A stretch of DNA of 63,874 bases, the filler included, from Craspedostauros australis (Eukaryota): assembly GCA_030167865.1 (NCBI GenBank). It is 4 parts of 4 records of this genome, joined end to end, with 100 filler letters (N's around TTAATTAATTAA, not from the genome) between each part and the next. Parts side by side here need not be neighbours in the genome. Positions count along the whole stretch, not along the records: positions 31,689 to 62,714 come from JALAGF010003002.1; positions 62,815 to 63,874 come from JALAGF010003008.1; 2 more parts are not named here. The stretch is one strand, 5' to 3'. Within the stretch, counting starts at the first letter, position 1. Every line of letters begins with the position of its first letter. Below the pieces are notes generated by a model. The model saw only the letters and a program-made list of their open reading frames with translations, ran no database searches and had not been told where the DNA came from. Of this stretch, positions 60,301-63,874 are shown one piece after another. The translations under genes were made by a program, and so were the position numbers.

Positions 60301-61851
60301 TTGCCGTCCGTGGACATGGTGATTAACGTGACGCGGAGGAAGTGCGACACCTTGACCTTGAGTCCGGTGAAGCTGTCCAACGCGACGGTTGGGACGATCA
60401 TGGAAACCCGGTTCTCCTTGGCCATCAGATCGACGTAGATGGCGTATCCTGTTGCCTCCTTGTGTTCCGTGGTGTCCAGATCGACGATCTTCCAATGCTC
60501 CACGGATTTGCGATGCAGGCCAGGTACGTTGACATCCTCGAGCACGCTGATCACCTCCTCGCCGGAGTCATCGCCCTGTTCTTGCGCGTTCCATTGCACC
60601 TCCTGAAGGAGCTTGATCTCGACACGTTCCACCGGTACAGTGGCCTCGTTCCTGCATGCTAGGTACATGTTGATGGCCTCGCCGCGCCCGACCTGCGTGT
60701 TCTCGATGCGCGCACCCACCGAGAAGAAACCGCGTCCGATGATGCCAAACTTGTCCACCTTGATGGGCTGCGGTTGGTAGAGACATGGGACCTTCGCGTC
60801 GCCAAGGTGCTTGGATCCCACGAAGAAAGTTCGTTTGTTGGCGAATTCCCGCTTGGGATCCGTCTTTAACTTGAGAGTGTATTCGATCTCATATCCGGAG
60901 CTGTTGTTTGTGTACCCGCTCGTGGATGGGAGCGATGCGGGGAGCAAGACTTCGAACGGGAAGACGTAGATGCCCTCATTGACACCGCCATCCTCCTGCA
61001 CCTTGTCGAAAGTTGGAAGCTGGATGCTTTTGCGGAAGAAGCAGATCTTGTCGGACCTATCGTATTGCATTGCGTTGAATTGCGTTGCATTGCATTTCGC
61101 GTCATCGCATAGCGTGGCGTGACGTGGTGTGTTGAGTAGTGTACGAGGTTGGATATAGAATAGAACAATAGCAAAGAGCATGAGTTGGAAGAGAAAGCGA
61201 ACGTGAGAGAGGGATCATGGGAGATGAATTGGACTTTGTTTTTGTGTTTGCGGTTGCGCTCGCACTTGGGCATACCATCGCATCTGTGACGTACCAAACG
61301 GAATCATCGTCGCTGTCGTCTGCGTTGGCTGTTGTCTTCTCCTTGCCTTCGATGACCAGAGCAACCTTCGGTGGCACGAGTGGCTTGTTGACCTTGAAGA
61401 CGACTCTGCCGCAGAGTAGGTTGCCCGCGATGATGGCTGCAATTACAAACAGAGGAGTTGAATATCGCATGCATATCGCATTCACATTTTATGTATGCAT
61501 ATCGTACGAGCATGCATGTGCGATCGCGATTGAAACATGAACAGATGATGAGTGTGAGATCGATGAGCGGAGAGCGGGGGGGGCGATGGAATGAAGCGCA
61601 AGAAGTGAAGCACAGTCGAGCATACCCATAGAGAATTGCAGAGAGGGCAGGCCGAAGTGGTGAAGCAATCTAACGCTCACGGATCAGTCCGTTGCACGGC
61701 AGCGCGTCACATCCTGTTGCTGCCAACCCAACAACCCTTCTCCCTGTCAATTCATGACAGCCTCCAAAGCACCTCTCTTTTCCTCCTCACCTTTGTAATG
61801 CCCCTCATCTTCGTGCTCCAGCACGATGTTCGGAGAGATCGAGTTCCCCAT
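57372..61851 (-). CDS. Arrestin-like protein with MGxxxS leader, three DUF6824-like domains and acidic 17-aa repeats (exons 61851-61791, 61436-61295, 61056-57950, 57649-57372)
   Basis: All three GT-AG junctions are phase-compatible (HYK|A, SV|W, HSD|D). Arrestin-N motifs G.YVFPFEVLLPASLPST..IEYTLK and arrestin-C motif SFTG..VKVSHFLRV..IPIKI. Three DxC..HPG..Y.A....RRF.....WR.A modules. Confidence 0.85.
58130..58500 (-). repeat. Coding minisatellite, 51-nt unit (YDEDSRALVVSEDGEGA), about 7 copies
   Basis: CACGGCTGTC recurs at 58244, 58295, 58346 and 58397, a period of 51. Confidence 0.9.
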
Positions 61852-62714
61852 GATTGATCAACTAATGCGACCGCGACTGCGACTGCGGCTTCGACTGAGT
61901 GTATGCTTTGCAAGATCTTCAGATGACTGATGGATCCTTGTCTTGCAGTGCTTCATAAGAAGGATGCTCCAAATGAAACCAACGCGAAGTACGAGGACAG
62001 GCAGATCTGACCGTGATCGGCTCCTGCTCCTGCTGTCACTCTTGCTTTTCTCTTCCTTGCCTTGTTATGTCCGGTCTCGACGCAAAATGCAGCTATGCTT
62101 CAGTGATGAAGAAAGGATGGGGGCGGTCCGCTGTCAACTGAAGCTGCAAATCCAAGTGGATGGGGGGAGTGACAGTGGTTGCACATACCCTGCACAGCAC
62201 CAGGATCTGTTGGCGTCTCCACCATCTTGGTGCCCTGTGCTGTTCTGTTTGTGGTGTTGTTTGGGTTGTGGGTGTGTTGTTTTGGTCTTTTGGTTCGGAA
62301 CTCCATGTGATCGGTGTCATTTTTGTTGTTGACTGTGACATGGTCTTTTAATGAATGCGACAGTTGTCAGATACGATACATGGGACTATTGTGATTCACG
62401 AACGCAAAAGAGAATCTGTTGGGACTCAACAGTCGCTTTCGGCGGTGACATTTTAGTTTGTCCTTCCGCAACATTCTCAAAACCGGGATTGGGCATAGTA
62501 TAGCTCCAAGACTAGATGACTACTTGATTAGTGCGACCACAACATCATCAATGACACTCCAGATACACGAACAATAGTATACGACCCACTTGAGTGAACG
62601 AAGGTGCAGTCGCGCCTAGTCGTGACTCAGATTTTCATAAAATTTAACATGACATATAATAACAAAATCTAGACCACCGTGCGATCTTATCCATATAAAA
62701 ATGGTCTTCATCCG

Positions 62715-62814
62715 NNNNNNNNNNNNNNNNNNNNNNNNNNNNNNNNNNNNNNNNNNNNTTAATTAATTAANNNNNNNNNNNNNNNNNNNNNNNNNNNNNN
62801 NNNNNNNNNNNNNN
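62715..62814. other. Assembly gap with artificial linker
   Basis: N44-TTAATTAATTAA-N44. Confidence 0.97.
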
Positions 62815-63034
62815 TCCAAGTGCGTATGAGAGAATAACGGGTGGACGATGCACATATACACGTACATCTCGACATATACTCACATGTACATCTCGACAAC
62901 TGTCGACTTCACTGGCACTGCTGATTATCCACCCAATCAACTGTGGAGCATCCCACACAAGATGGAGGATACAATTTGAATATAAATGGATCCTAAACAT
63001 CTATTGTGTGTATCAGACAACTTATTGTGATTCA

Positions 63035-63260
63035 TGGTATCAAGGCAAGACACTCCTCTGTGGTGATCTTCGCAGAGGTGTACTGCGCGGACTGCCTGTT
63101 TCTGTAGAAGATGCAACAGAAGTTTGTGAGAACTTCTGCAATGTAGCGCATGTGTGTTAGGGGCTCCAATAGATTTTCAAAAGGTTCTTCACACCAAGGA
63201 AGGGAAACAATTTCACAATCTCCATGAACTTAACAGAATGTGGTGATACAGATGGTGATG
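63035..63260 (-). mobile_element. Possible decayed PIF/Harbinger (DDE_Tnp_4-like) transposase C-terminal fragment
   Basis: Frameshifted translation EIVKLFPFLGVKNLLKIYWSP / YIAEVLTNFCCIFYRNRQSAQY..ITTEECL resembles the C-terminus of Harbinger-type nucleases. CpG-poor. Confidence 0.42.
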
Positions 63261-63874
63261 TTGATGGTGTAACCTAATTGAAATTATGAGCTTTTCTGCT
63301 GTTGCTCTTGTCTTTGTTCTTGTTCTTGTCGATGACAGCGGCTGACTCATTCTCATCGGTCATCCTCTGTGTTGCTTGTGCTCTCGCGCTTCCTGCGCTC
63401 AGCGTGACATCTTCGACCTGTTTGATTCGATGTCCGTTTTCGCTCACGCTCCAATACGCCCCTTTGAGGCATGTTTGGTGGGAACCTTCAGTTAGGATTC
63501 GGGCGTAGGCGGCGCGAATCGGTGGAGGATGCCTTGTGAATCTGCCGGCTTCGGGATAGCCGTGTGATGCAGTTCAAGAGAGGTGTACTGATTGAAGAGT
63601 TGTAACTGTAACGATGAGTAGTAGAGTGCTTTGTAGCTAATCCTTGTCTGTTTATTATGAGTTAGCTTAGTGGTGTTAGTAGGGTGAAGAAACGATGCCA
63701 CACAACTTGGCGAGACCCTGCACTGATGTACTTGATTCAGTGCAACAGAGTAGACAATCATTACAGTGCTTTGCTCTCTGTACATGTAGTTACACTGCAG
63801 TGTAGGTCATGACACTCAGTGGTGACGGTCATGAAGCAGTGGCTGTGGCTGAAGCTGACCCTCGGATTCCATTG

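Overview
Eukaryotic nuclear DNA from a diatom. The evidence is GT-AG introns, a silicon-transporter (SIT) homologue and a bipartite 'ADAFSP' plastid-targeting leader. The window consists of four contigs joined by artificial N44-TTAATTAATTAA-N44 linkers, so adjacency across 15442-15541, 31589-31688 and 62715-62814 is not guaranteed. Main contents: (1) a convergent pair of paralogues with a RING-like / Myb-SANT-like / NIN-like-protein (NLP)-type GAF architecture; (2) two 3' ends of non-LTR retrotransposons, one carrying RNase H; (3) a plastid-targeted protein, an SBP-like Cys-rich zinc-finger protein, tRNA-Val(CAC) and orphan genes; (4) an approximately 20 kb high-turnover tract (32.8-53.5 kb) with four ankyrin-repeat genes, an ankyrin-BTB pseudogene, a deletion-riddled SIT pseudogene, two SRR1-like pseudogenes inside a 1.1-1.2 kb duplication, and CpG-depleted remnants; (5) an LRR-like gene, a DinB-family gene and a 4-exon arrestin-like protein with a predicted N-myristoylation site and three DUF6824-like domains. 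The best candidates for undescribed biology are the ankyrin-BTB protein, whose nine near-identical repeats vary mainly at DARPin-type binding positions (a possible diversifying recognition/ubiquitination system), and the RING-Myb-GAF pair (a possible ligand- or nitrate-sensing regulator). All domain calls come from motif recognition by eye; no database searches were run.
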